Virus record (IMG/VR): IMGVR_UViG_3300035666_000002
DNA length: 64,000 nucleotides
Strand: one strand, 5' to 3'
DNA from: a virus
Shown: positions 35,853 to 45,446 of the stretch, one piece after another
How the letters are laid out: each line of letters opens with the position of its first letter
How positions within the stretch are numbered: the stretch's first letter is position 1
Notes under the pieces: model-generated
What the model was told of the DNA's origin: nothing
Seen by the model: only the letters and a program-made list of their open reading frames with translations
The model's database searches: none
Position numbers and translations under genes: made by a program

Positions 35853-38072
35853 TCATACAGCGATTTGCTGAATGAATTTGTTAACGAACACTCGGCTAAT
35901 TTGCTTTTTAACATTAGCCTTCAGAAAAGCTTTTTTGATTTGGCTAGTTTTGGCACCCTCTTGAATATCCAATTCATAATCTTCAGCAGCAAGATTCGAA
36001 TCACCAGGAACGAAATAGAATTTTGAGTAGCCTTTGTTATTCGATTCGAGATGTTTATTCTCACGAACAATTTTTTGCAACTCTTTGCATTTTTCTTTAA
36101 TTTCAAAGAAACGATTTTCAAACAATTCTTGAATATGTTTTCCGTTTTCATCATGATAACGCCGAAAAATCGCTTCACGGGTTTCATGTTGATTGCCAGT
36201 AATATAGAAACCGATAATTTTTGAATCAGTAACTTTGGAGTACCAACTCAAAACAGATTCGAAAAGTTTATCACCTACAACATCGAATTGAAGTTTATTT
36301 TTCTTATCAGTCAAAACAACATTTTGTTTTTCAGAATTAAAAATTTTATAATGCTTATCTAGATTGTAACAGTGAATATTATCGGCATCGCCATCATGAA
36401 TCAGAATTGTATTTACAATATCCAGATTGTTCATCTTACGAAAATCATTAGTCAAAGGTTCGAGAGCAACCATTGCTTCAATCAAAGGAGTATTGGACAA
36501 TTCTTCAGAATAGGGGCGAAAAATAGTTCGCGAGTAACGACCACCATAAGAGTTCGATAGCGCAAGAACATTCTTCATACAGCGAGTGTATTCGGAAGCT
36601 TTCATATTTGAATTCAAATACTCTCGCAAGTAAACATGAGTCAAATACAATTCTTTATCGTTGGAAGAAAATCCGTTCAAACCCATACCCTCATTCGGAA
36701 AATCAACATTACGACAAGCAACATTATTTCCGAAACCGTACACCACAAAAGGAATATTAACTTTGCGACAGAATGCGGTCAAAATTAGAACTTGCTCAAG
36801 TGCATGTTTCATACAGTTGATCATCGATCCTGACCGATCAAACATGATAACGATACCATGAGACTTACCTTTTGGAACTTTTGTAAGTTTACGGAAAAGA
36901 TTATCTTCAATTTGATATTTGTAGATACGATTTACATCGATATCGCCAGTCTCAGAAATTTTCTGTTTGGAGAACTTCGATGCAGATTTACGCATCTCAA
37001 ATTCTTTGGCTAACAAACTAATGTAACGGTCATTTTTATTCTTAAACTCGGTATAATACTCAGAAATTTTCTGTTGAATTTCTTCATGAGTCCAACATGC
37101 ATTCATCAACTCATGGACACGCTTATATGGAGTAACGATTTTGTTTAGAATTGGTTTAGGAATATCAACATAAACATAGTCGCGACTTTCTTTCGAAAGC
37201 AACTTTGATTCATTATTGCGAAAAGCTTCATCTGTAACACAAACGGGTTCGAAGTTGCGCTCGCCAGAAAAAGGTGACGATTCTTTGAATCGATTTAGAA
37301 TATATTCATCATTCTCGGTCGATTCTTCTCCATCACCATCATCGGACTTGCGAGACTTGTTAGAGATATCGGAACTTTCCTCCGACTCATCTTCTTCCTC
37401 ATCACCATAATCATCAAAATCAAAATCATCACCGAAGTCAGAATCATCCATATCTTCGAACGAAGAGGAGATTTTCTTCATCTGCTCCTGCATCAATTCT
37501 TTTTGTTCTTCCTTCGAGTAATCATAGATGGCACCAGTTACACGAACAACATCTTCCCAAGTTTCACAAGATTCGACCTGAGAAACGAGAATTTGCTCTT
37601 CATCAGTAAAGGTAATACCTTGATTAACACCAGCTTTGGTGTACAAATTCAATCGATCAATGAAAGGCATATCATCAATCTTTCGATCTTTAATGCCAAA
37701 AAAATCCTTATCGATCAAGCTTTGATAAGCCTTAACAAAGGAAGGGCGAAGACCAGGGTAGCGCCGCTTGATTTTTTTCTCGATACGAGAATCTTCAACC
37801 ACATTCAAAAAGTGCTTGAAGTTTTTATTGAACTTGCCAGTTCCCATGACTGCATTATGCCAGCCCTCTTCTGGAGTTTCTAATGCATGACCGACTTCGT
37901 GACCTAGAAGAAGATCATAAAGTTCACCAGACATATTTTCCCAGATAGGGCAGTAGAGTGTGCGATTCTTCAAATCGAACATAGCCGTTTGAATCTTTTG
38001 ATGTTCGACTCGGATGTTCTCACTAGCCATAAGCTTGGCTAGTTGAGATTTAGATTCTTGGGTGAATTGCAT
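35853..38072 (-). CDS. CobT-like protein: metallopeptidase-like N-domain + acidic linker + vWA domain
   Basis: HEVGHAL, NVVED.RIE, DRSGSM MIDAS, TPL and DGD. Confidence 0.85.
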   Translation of the reverse strand: MQFTQESKSQLAKLMASENIRVEHQKIQTAMFDLKNRTLYCPIWENMSGELYDLLLGHEVGHALETPEEGWHNAVMGTGKFNKNFKHFLNVVEDSRIEKKIKRRYPGLRPSFVKAYQSLIDKDFFGIKDRKIDDMPFIDRLNLYTKAGVNQGITFTDEEQILVSQVESCETWEDVVRVTGAIYDYSKEEQKELMQEQMKKISSSFEDMDDSDFGDDFDFDDYGDEEEDESEESSDISNKSRKSDDGDGEESTENDEYILNRFKESSPFSGERNFEPVCVTDEAFRNNESKLLSKESRDYVYVDIPKPILNKIVTPYKRVHELMNACWTHEEIQQKISEYYTEFKNKNDRYISLLAKEFEMRKSASKFSKQKISETGDIDVNRIYKYQIEDNLFRKLTKVPKGKSHGIVIMFDRSGSMINCMKHALEQVLILTAFCRKVNIPFVVYGFGNNVACRNVDFPNEGMGLNGFSSNDKELYLTHVYLREYLNSNMKASEYTRCMKNVLALSNSYGGRYSRTIFRPYSEELSNTPLIEAMVALEPLTNDFRKMNNLDIVNTILIHDGDADNIHCYNLDKHYKIFNSEKQNVVLTDKKNKLQFDVVGDKLFESVLSWYSKVTDSKIIGFYITGNQHETREAIFRRYHDENGKHIQELFENRFFEIKEKCKELQKIVRENKHLESNNKGYSKFYFVPGDSNLAAEDYELDIQEGAKTSQIKKAFLKANVKKQISRVFVNKFIQQIAV

Positions 38073-38096
38073 TTCGTTTCCTCACGTTATGAAACG

Positions 38097-38146
38097 ATTC
38101 TACACAGTTCAGAATGCTTTGTCAACACTGTTGTAAAAATACAACA
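38097..38146 (-). promoter_or_regulatory. Sigma70 promoter plus upstream palindrome TGTTG-N8-CAACA
   Basis: TTGACA-17-TAGAAT; palindrome at 38129-38146. Confidence 0.75.
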
Positions 38147-39475
38147 CTATCGTCCTACTTGATTCAGGTACTTATCTTTTGTTTCTTCCCAAGTCATGTA
38201 AATGAGGTCATCATAAAATAAGGTTTCATCTGACACTTTTTCTTTCTTCTTCAGAAAACCGATTCGTCCTCTTGCATGTTTTTCTTTCCAGATTTTGACC
38301 AATGCTTCGGTGCTGCTATCAAAAGTCTTTTTCATATCTTCGAACTTGCATTCTTTTCTGAGAAAATCAGAAGTCTTATCGTACAGAGGTGTAAAATAAA
38401 TTCCTCGCGCATGTTCAGAGCGAACTAATTCTTTTGGTACACCCATCTTTGAGTAGGTAAAGTTCAGCGACCGATTCTTGTGGTCTCTTTTAAAAGGTTG
38501 ACCAGCAGGATTGGTTGCCACATACCATTCAAAATATCTTTGCGTATGATTTACTTTCAACCATTGCTCAATGTCTTTACGTGTTTTCTTGCTTGGTTCA
38601 AAAGAAACAGAACCAGCAGTGAAGCCCATAGGCTTCCAATGATCCAGATTATCATACTGGCTCAGACCGTTTGCTTTTGTTTTACCATAGAGAGAAGTTG
38701 TTGTGACACCAACAAGCTTATCACCATAAACTTTTTCCCATAGATGCTGAACTTCATCAGACAAACAAAGCAGTGCTAGAAGTTTACCACCCACATAGTT
38801 ATAACCTAGAGGCTGAAAAGGAACAATGGTCGAACCGATTGCAGTATGATTAATCATTCGACCTTGTGTTTTGATTTCTCTCGACCAACCGATAAAACTA
38901 TCTCTTGGTGTTAGATCGAGAAAGTCGGATGAAATACAAATAACACCGAGATATTTTTTTGATGTACGATCTTTAACAAAGAAGTTCAGATTTCTTCCGA
39001 TGTTGCTGTTATTCTTCATCGTTGAGATGAATGTGCGAGCGGTGTTCCAATACTCAGGAAGATTCGATCTTTTTATTTTGATATCGACAGTATCACCATC
39101 AACAGTTTCTTTCTGAATGATTGTTGAATCATCTGTCCATTCAAGATATGGATCAAGACTCATATAATCATCCGGGCTAGTTGGCTTCCAGATATTCGAT
39201 TTAATGTGATCGATCATATCACCTTGTTCAGGATTCACAAGTTGTTTTTCCGAACCAAAGAGAGTATTCGTTTCTACAACGGGATATTTTTCTTGGACTT
39301 CACACCATTTTTGATAGAGAGTATACTCTTTAACGTCCATTTGTGAAACATAGGACAGTTCACGAATAACTCTTTCGGTCAGTTCTTTTTCATCAATCGT
39401 CTGGAAAGACTCGGAAGGATTAGCTTCCGACCATTCTTTCCATTGTCTCTTAACATCATCAGTCCAATTTTCCAT
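38147..39475 (-). CDS. DUF4338 / Druantia DruA-like protein
   Basis: GR...F.V.D, LG.I, RD..IGW, P.QPLGYN..GGKLLA, TTTSLYG.....SQY and G.T.G. Confidence 0.7.
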   Translation of the reverse strand: MENWTDDVKRQWKEWSEANPSESFQTIDEKELTERVIRELSYVSQMDVKEYTLYQKWCEVQEKYPVVETNTLFGSEKQLVNPEQGDMIDHIKSNIWKPTSPDDYMSLDPYLEWTDDSTIIQKETVDGDTVDIKIKRSNLPEYWNTARTFISTMKNNSNIGRNLNFFVKDRTSKKYLGVICISSDFLDLTPRDSFIGWSREIKTQGRMINHTAIGSTIVPFQPLGYNYVGGKLLALLCLSDEVQHLWEKVYGDKLVGVTTTSLYGKTKANGLSQYDNLDHWKPMGFTAGSVSFEPSKKTRKDIEQWLKVNHTQRYFEWYVATNPAGQPFKRDHKNRSLNFTYSKMGVPKELVRSEHARGIYFTPLYDKTSDFLRKECKFEDMKKTFDSSTEALVKIWKEKHARGRIGFLKKKEKVSDETLFYDDLIYMTWEETKDKYLNQVGR

Positions 39476-40462
39476 TCAATTTCCTATGATTTGATTCAAT
39501 CTCTCAGAGAATCTTTCGTAATACCACTCTTCAGAATATTGCTTACTAATATAATTTAGGAAAACTTTTTCTTTATATTTTTCAATCTCTGGTATTTTAC
39601 TATAAAGTTCTTCAACAGAAGAAACTCTCTGCCAAGGATCAGCGACTAGAGTGTTGTCTTCATCATAGTTTTTCCATACAAAAGGAAAAATATCACAAGC
39701 GATAGCTTCATGATATCGACTCGTAGTTGCTTTACTATCAAGCCAATTAAAACAAAGAGTAGACTTACCTTCTTCCAAGATGGGAACCAGATTATACATC
39801 GAATCAATTTTTTTGTCAGGTACAATTGAGTTGTACTTGCCGATAAAGTAGGAAGATATTTTGTTATCTTTTTTAATGCGTTTGAAAACTGTATGTCTCT
39901 CATCTCCACTTTCGATGTTATCAATCAGTTTTCTTTTGTCGCATCCCCAATAAACAAAATCATAATTTCTTTCAGTTTCAAACAGTTTGATACCTCGTCT
40001 TTGTCGGATAAAAAAGTATTTCATTCCGTGAAGACCACCAGGAATATCCATCTCATCAAAAGTAGAAAACTTTCCTATCAGATGCCCAGCAAAAGTTCTT
40101 TTTCGATACAGTTCTTCATTGTCTGCTCGGTCACTACGCACAATTACAACATGTTTATTGTGAAGATGACCTCCAATTTGATTTACAAATTCATCCGATC
40201 TTTCTTTGTGTCTTTGGTCAACATAACCTTTGATGTGTTGAAAAAATTCATTCTCACTGGGAATCAAAATGACATCAGAATCAGCAATGTCATCTAGTTT
40301 TTTTCTATTAGCGGCACCCCAGCCGAAATTACAAACACCATAATCGTGTTGAGGGTTTCGTACCATATACTCTTTGAAAAGATAATAGAAAGAATCCATA
40401 ATATCATGGAGAGGTTCTTTGTAATTAGTACCGCTTCGCAATCTAGCAATAGTCAATTTCAT
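39476..40462 (-). CDS. T4 beta-glucosyltransferase-like GT-B enzyme
   Basis: YDFVYWG...SGDER and TTSRYHEAIACD.....YD......PWQRVSSVEEL align by eye to recalled BGT motifs DVIYGG..RSGQR and TLRVWETMASD...FD...FYVNNRAEL. Confidence 0.6.
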   Translation of the reverse strand: MKLTIARLRSGTNYKEPLHDIMDSFYYLFKEYMVRNPQHDYGVCNFGWGAANRKKLDDIADSDVILIPSENEFFQHIKGYVDQRHKERSDEFVNQIGGHLHNKHVVIVRSDRADNEELYRKRTFAGHLIGKFSTFDEMDIPGGLHGMKYFFIRQRRGIKLFETERNYDFVYWGCDKRKLIDNIESGDERHTVFKRIKKDNKISSYFIGKYNSIVPDKKIDSMYNLVPILEEGKSTLCFNWLDSKATTSRYHEAIACDIFPFVWKNYDEDNTLVADPWQRVSSVEELYSKIPEIEKYKEKVFLNYISKQYSEEWYYERFSERLNQIIGN

Positions 40463-41046
40463 CGTTTGGACTTTTTAATTCGATTAATTAATTTCACTTG
40501 TTTATCTTTAGCCATCTTTAATGCAAGAGGACCTACATGCTCAGTGTAAACTATTCCATTCATGTGGTCAAGTTCATGTTGAAAAACGTGGGCTGTAATA
40601 CCATCAAAAATTTCATTACGCAATTTTCCGGTTTCATCATTAAATTCCACTTCGATTTTCTGATATCTAGGTACATACAAAAACAAACCAGGATAAGATA
40701 AACATCCTTCTCTCATCTTAACTGGATCGCCATGCTTTTCGGTGATTCTAGGATTGAAGCAGACGATTTGCTCTTCTGGGCTACCCATAACAAAGACGCG
40801 GAACTTATAGCCACATTGATTGGCTGATAAACCTAACCCGCTATTGTCAACCATAGTTCTTTTCAGTCGCTTAATAAAGGTTTGAATTTCTGGTGTTGTA
40901 ATTTGATCAACATCGAATTCAGACAACTGCTCTGAAAGAACTTTCACATTTTCGTTAAAATTATGAAAGATAGGTAGAGGCTCAATAGGAGCCGGTTGCG
41001 TCACCCTAGTTGGTGATGTATTAATAACTAGATATTCGTCACTCAT
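40459..41046 (-). CDS. def: Peptide deformylase
   Basis: GLGLSANQ, EGCLS and QHELDH. Confidence 0.95.
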   Translation of the reverse strand: MSDEYLVINTSPTRVTQPAPIEPLPIFHNFNENVKVLSEQLSEFDVDQITTPEIQTFIKRLKRTMVDNSGLGLSANQCGYKFRVFVMGSPEEQIVCFNPRITEKHGDPVKMREGCLSYPGLFLYVPRYQKIEVEFNDETGKLRNEIFDGITAHVFQHELDHMNGIVYTEHVGPLALKMAKDKQVKLINRIKKSKR

Positions 41047-41215
41047 CTATCCATTCCTCTGCAAAATCTTCAGCTTGTTGTTCGGTATAAAAAAATTCAG
41101 TTTTCAAAAAATTAGTTTGTTTATCGTGGCAAAGGACCATGAATCGAACACAGTCATCTACACGATATATTTTTGTGATTTTAGTATCACCATAGTATAC
41201 ACTTAACTCTATCAC
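41039..41215 (-). CDS. Small hypothetical protein (58 aa, not in ORF track)
   Basis: GTG start overlapping the gp46 stop; MIELSVYYGD...EQQAEDFAEEWIDE fills the gap exactly. Confidence 0.65.
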   Translation of the reverse strand: MIELSVYYGDTKITKIYRVDDCVRFMVLCHDKQTNFLKTEFFYTEQQAEDFAEEWIDE

Positions 41216-42924
41216 ATTACTATCCTTGAGAAATTATTTACCTTTTCAAATCGTATCATATTCCTAAATTTGTCTTGTAAGATATCTCCTTTGTGTGAGA
41301 TAACAAACAGGTTAACATCCTCAAGCATATGCAAAATTTGCATCAAGTATTCAGTTCCATTTGTATCCAAAGAAGAATCGAAAACCTCATCTAGAATCAG
41401 AAGATTTGTATTGGCGGAGTTCTTTAACTTAGCCACAGCGCGCCAAGTCAACATCAGTGCCATGTCGATTCGCTGTTTCTCACCTTCACTGAATGAAGCA
41501 TAACTAAATTCGTCCCTATGCCTAGATTTTATTGTCTCTTTAAATGATTCATCAAGATTAAAATTAACAAAGAAATCTAAAGAAGACAAATTTTTATTCA
41601 CAAGTTTGTTTATAATAGGTAGGTATTGTTTAATAATCTTAGTTTTGATTCCAGTATCTTTCAAAAGAATCGATGCGGTTTCAAGATAATTCTTATCTTC
41701 TATAAGAGTCTTTTTTGTTTCTTCCAATACAGCAATTTCTTGTTGTATGGCTTTCAATTTAAATTCATCTTCTTCAATATCTTTTGTATCATTCTTCAGC
41801 GATTCAATTTCTTTCTTCAGTTTTTGAATATACTTCATAGACTGATTGATTGACATAGAATTGGATGCAGTTTGTATCTGTAAGTCTTGAACTTCTTTCG
41901 AGACAGAATTTATTTCTTTCAATCTATCTTGAGTAGTTTTTATCTGGAAAGATATTTGTTCAAGACCTTTTTTCAATTGATCTTCTTTTTCTTCCAATGT
42001 TTTAATTTGATCTTGTTTAAACCCTTCCTGAATGACCTGCTTACAAGTTGGGCACGAATCATTCAGACAGAAAAAATCTTTATCTTTTTTATGCTTAGAA
42101 AGATTTGTTTCAATTTTTGTTTCGTACTGAAAAAGTTTCTTCGAAGTATTTTCGGTAGTGTCTTTATCTAGAATTGAATTCTGAAGAGATAATACTTTTT
42201 CTGACAGTTCGATTCCAACTTGTTGGAGATCATTAATTTGTTTTTGTGTTGCATCAATCTCTTGCTGTTTTTTATCAATCAGATCAGTATTATTTTGCTG
42301 TAGTTTGTTTACATGTTCTTGCTGAAGTTCCAGAAGTGCTTCTTTTTTCTCTATAGAATTTCTAACAATCTGTAGCTCATCTTTGTTGTTCGAAATCTTT
42401 TCTTTCAATACATTATTCATAGTTGAAAAGATTTGAATGTCCAACAAGTCTTCAATAATCGCTCGTCTGTCAGCAGCAGAAAGTTGCATGAAAGGTGTGA
42501 ACGATGCGCTACCTAAAATTACAATTTGTGTAAATGATTTGTAATTCAGTTTCAGTATCACCTTTTCAAGGTGTTCTTGATAATCTTTTGATGCTGCATC
42601 TTGATTTAATAGATCACCATCAATATAAATTTCAAAGATGTTCGGCTTCATTCCTCGAACGATTCTGAAATCTTTACTACCAATAGAAAATTCACACTCA
42701 ACCAAACAATCTTTTTGATTGATAGAGTTGACTAACTGAGGTTTATTGATATTTCTAAATGCTTTTCCAAATAGAACAAAACACAATGCATCAAGCATTG
42801 TGGATTTACCAGCACCATTTGAGCCTACTACAAGCGTATTTGTATTACGACAGAGATTTATTTCTGTGAAGTAGTTGCCTGTAGAGAGAAAGTTTTTAAA
42901 TTTAAGAGTCTTAAAAAATATCAT
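41212..42924 (-). CDS. gp46: Recombination ATPase gp46 (Rad50/SbcC-like)
   Basis: GSNGAGKST, CPTC zinc hook, FSEGEK and LILDE. Confidence 0.97.
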   Translation of the reverse strand: MIFFKTLKFKNFLSTGNYFTEINLCRNTNTLVVGSNGAGKSTMLDALCFVLFGKAFRNINKPQLVNSINQKDCLVECEFSIGSKDFRIVRGMKPNIFEIYIDGDLLNQDAASKDYQEHLEKVILKLNYKSFTQIVILGSASFTPFMQLSAADRRAIIEDLLDIQIFSTMNNVLKEKISNNKDELQIVRNSIEKKEALLELQQEHVNKLQQNNTDLIDKKQQEIDATQKQINDLQQVGIELSEKVLSLQNSILDKDTTENTSKKLFQYETKIETNLSKHKKDKDFFCLNDSCPTCKQVIQEGFKQDQIKTLEEKEDQLKKGLEQISFQIKTTQDRLKEINSVSKEVQDLQIQTASNSMSINQSMKYIQKLKKEIESLKNDTKDIEEDEFKLKAIQQEIAVLEETKKTLIEDKNYLETASILLKDTGIKTKIIKQYLPIINKLVNKNLSSLDFFVNFNLDESFKETIKSRHRDEFSYASFSEGEKQRIDMALMLTWRAVAKLKNSANTNLLILDEVFDSSLDTNGTEYLMQILHMLEDVNLFVISHKGDILQDKFRNMIRFEKVNNFSRIVM

Positions 42925-43991
42925 TCTGTAGTTTCAATAGTCAAAGATTCAACATAAAGTTCTCGCATTAAATTTTTCAGTTTATTACCATCAATATTTA
43001 ATGATGCACCATCAATATATTTTGATAGAATCGTCATGGTATCTTCAGCTTGATCGACCAATTCTTCATCATCAGTTGATTCGAATTCCATAACGTCTTC
43101 AACAATAGACAAATCAGATACTCCCACTTTATAAAGTTCATTGACAACAGTATCAAATAGGAAAGAATTCTTTTTGTTGCAAACAACTATCTTAACATAA
43201 GTGTCTTTGTATTGCCCATAATCAAAAGACTTCCAGTGATCGAAGTCTTCTTTGCTGTCATCATAGTATATTTTATGAAACATTTTATATGGATTTTCAA
43301 CAAATGTCAAATCCCTATTTTCAGTGTCGAAAACGTGAAAGCCTCTTCTATCTCCTTGATCAGCCCAAGTAATTTCATATTGATTGCCCAAATAATAAAC
43401 GGTGCCGTCATTTGACTTATGGTGAAAATGACCAGAAAGAACCAGATCAAATCTATCGAAAACATTTCGTTCTATCCCTGTATGGCAAATATTGCCTCTG
43501 TCCATTTCGAAACCGGATATCTCAAAGTGCCCAAAAACAACTTGACTTTTTGTATTCTCAAGAAATCGCATCGACTCTTCGTAATTGGAAGAATTGATCC
43601 AAGGCACTAGAGAGATTGAAAGATCATCATAGTTTTTATCTAGAGGTGAAATATAAACATTGATGTTATCATAATGATTGAACAATTCGTGTATTGCATT
43701 TATTTCATTGGTATTTTTGTATGTTACATCATGATTGCCAACAATTACATCCATAGTTATGTTTTCACGAACCAGCACATCAAAAAATCTTTTTCTCCAT
43801 TGATTCAGTATCACATAGTTAATAAATTTTCTTCTATCAACAACATCACCCAAATGAACGATATGTTTGATGTTATGCTCTTTCAAATAAGGAAAGAATA
43901 CATTTTCCCAAAACTTGAAGAAAAATTCATTAAACAAGAGGCTGTCTCCTCTCGCTCCAGCATGAGTATCATTTATAAGTGCAATTCGCAT
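42921..43991 (-). CDS. gp47: Recombination nuclease gp47 (Mre11/SbcD-like)
   Basis: DTHAG, GDVVD, GNHD and SGHFH. Confidence 0.96.
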   Translation of the reverse strand: MRIALINDTHAGARGDSLLFNEFFFKFWENVFFPYLKEHNIKHIVHLGDVVDRRKFINYVILNQWRKRFFDVLVRENITMDVIVGNHDVTYKNTNEINAIHELFNHYDNINVYISPLDKNYDDLSISLVPWINSSNYEESMRFLENTKSQVVFGHFEISGFEMDRGNICHTGIERNVFDRFDLVLSGHFHHKSNDGTVYYLGNQYEITWADQGDRRGFHVFDTENRDLTFVENPYKMFHKIYYDDSKEDFDHWKSFDYGQYKDTYVKIVVCNKKNSFLFDTVVNELYKVGVSDLSIVEDVMEFESTDDEELVDQAEDTMTILSKYIDGASLNIDGNKLKNLMRELYVESLTIETTE

Positions 43992-43997
43992 TAATAC

Positions 43998-44426
43998 TTA
44001 CCATTTATCTTTAATAGATTCAGCTTCTTGTACACGTTTGCGAAGTTCGGTTGTAGAGAAACTGTGTCTTCTTTTATTATAGAAGATCGGCATATTCATT
44101 TCTTTCCCGGTAAAAGTTTTATCCCGATATTCTTCACCAACAATTCTAACATCAATTGGATAAGAATTCAAGATGTCTATGAGGTCTTTTTCCGTAGCAT
44201 ATACAACAATTTCATCAATATACTTGCAAGCCTGAAGTTGAACGTATCTTTCAAATATTGATTGTATAGGTTTGTTCTTTTCTGACCTGTCCAATGTTGG
44301 ATCGGTTTGCAATCCAACAATCAGATAATCACATTGTTCTTTTGCATCTTTTAACATCATGATATGCCCAGCATGAAATAAATCAAATGTTGAGCAAGTG
44401 AATCCTACTTTCAAATCATCCTTCAT
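43998..44426 (-). CDS. TagD-like (glycerol-3-phosphate) cytidylyltransferase
   Basis: FDLFHAGH, LIVGLQTD and R.H..STT. Confidence 0.85.
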   Translation of the reverse strand: MKDDLKVGFTCSTFDLFHAGHIMMLKDAKEQCDYLIVGLQTDPTLDRSEKNKPIQSIFERYVQLQACKYIDEIVVYATEKDLIDILNSYPIDVRIVGEEYRDKTFTGKEMNMPIFYNKRRHSFSTTELRKRVQEAESIKDKW

Positions 44427-44961
44427 TTGTTAGTTCTTCTTCAAAAAATTGTTCTAGACCTTTTTTGTTTTTCTTTTTGTTTCTTTTCTTCTCTTCAAAA
44501 TTGTGAATGAATTCGGAAATGTTATCGTAGATTACGAATTGTTTCATATTTCCATCAGAGTCTTCATAAAGCTCACCCTCATCCAAAATACCAAATTGTT
44601 CCGTCGCCTTATACTTCACATACATCTGCTTCTTTTCTTTTTGAATCCTACGAAGAAAAGCATAATAAATTATCTGTGTAAAGTAGGCAAAAGGATTGTT
44701 AGATTTTGTTGGGTCAAAATTTCTAAAATACATAATGCAATTTTCGATGCCATCACAAATCATTTCTTCTCTAAATGAGTATGAGATAAAGTTCGGTTTT
44801 CTGGAAAGATGTTCAGCAATCTTCAGAAAACATTCACCGATATAGTTGGGTACAATAGGTTCATTTTTATTTTCTTTCTTTGCTGTGTCACAATCTTCTT
44901 TGTACTTGATTAGAGCATTTAAAAAATCTTCATTGTTGACGTAGTGTTTACTTTTTGTCAT
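44416..44961 (-). CDS. gp55: Late-transcription sigma factor gp55
   Basis: HYVNN, IGECFLKIA, NF..Y, NPFAYFTQI and AFLRRI. Confidence 0.96.
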   Translation of the reverse strand: MTKSKHYVNNEDFLNALIKYKEDCDTAKKENKNEPIVPNYIGECFLKIAEHLSRKPNFISYSFREEMICDGIENCIMYFRNFDPTKSNNPFAYFTQIIYYAFLRRIQKEKKQMYVKYKATEQFGILDEGELYEDSDGNMKQFVIYDNISEFIHNFEEKKRNKKKNKKGLEQFFEEELTNEG

Positions 44962-44983
44962 TCATTACTTCCTATTATTTTGC

Positions 44984-45012
44984 TTGACAAGAGCCAGGCA
45001 TAGACATATAAT
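44984..45012 (+). promoter_or_regulatory. Perfect sigma70 consensus promoter on the + (antisense) strand
   Basis: TTGACA-17-TATAAT. Confidence 0.7.
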
Positions 45013-45032
45013 GCTGGTGTCCAAGCTTGAGA

Positions 45033-45446
45033 TTAATGTAAGGTATGTCCTTTAGAAGTTTCTTCTACTTCTAGCAATTCTTCCTCATCGTATTCTTCTT
45101 CTGAGAGTGCATCTTTTTGATCAAGAAGAGATGTGTCAATCAGCTTTTCATTCATTTTAATAATTTCATTACACTCATCAACTGCTGATAGATAATATTC
45201 AACTAATGAACTCTTTGGTTCAAAAATAGAAACGATCCTATGTGCGTGTATTTTAGCAGAGTTGATTTTCAAAAGTTCAGCAGGCATCCAAGGGCTCATC
45301 ATGACCATAGATTTACCTGGAGTAATTCTTTTAAAGAAAAGAGTCATCGGGTTATTCATCACAATGGTGTCCGTTTCTTCCTCAATTTGATACGAAGTAA
45401 TGATATCTTCTCCATCTTCAAGCCTTATTATTTTTATATTATCCAT
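45033..45446 (-). CDS. Conserved T4-like hypothetical protein (Sm-like fold)
   Basis: IIRL..GEDII...PW; lies between uvsW and gp55. Confidence 0.7.
   Translation of the reverse strand: MDNIKIIRLEDGEDIITSYQIEEETDTIVMNNPMTLFFKRITPGKSMVMMSPWMPAELLKINSAKIHAHRIVSIFEPKSSLVEYYLSAVDECNEIIKMNEKLIDTSLLDQKDALSEEEYDEEELLEVEETSKGHTLH

Noticed and set aside
34621-38072. CobS/CobT as cobalamin-synthesis auxiliary genes
   Set aside because: The AAA+ plus vWA pair is widespread in T4-like phages, and no cobN or other cob genes are present; more likely a chaperone-type pair
38147-39475. Complete Druantia defence system
   Set aside because: Only a DruA-like gene is present; no DruE helicase or other dru genes
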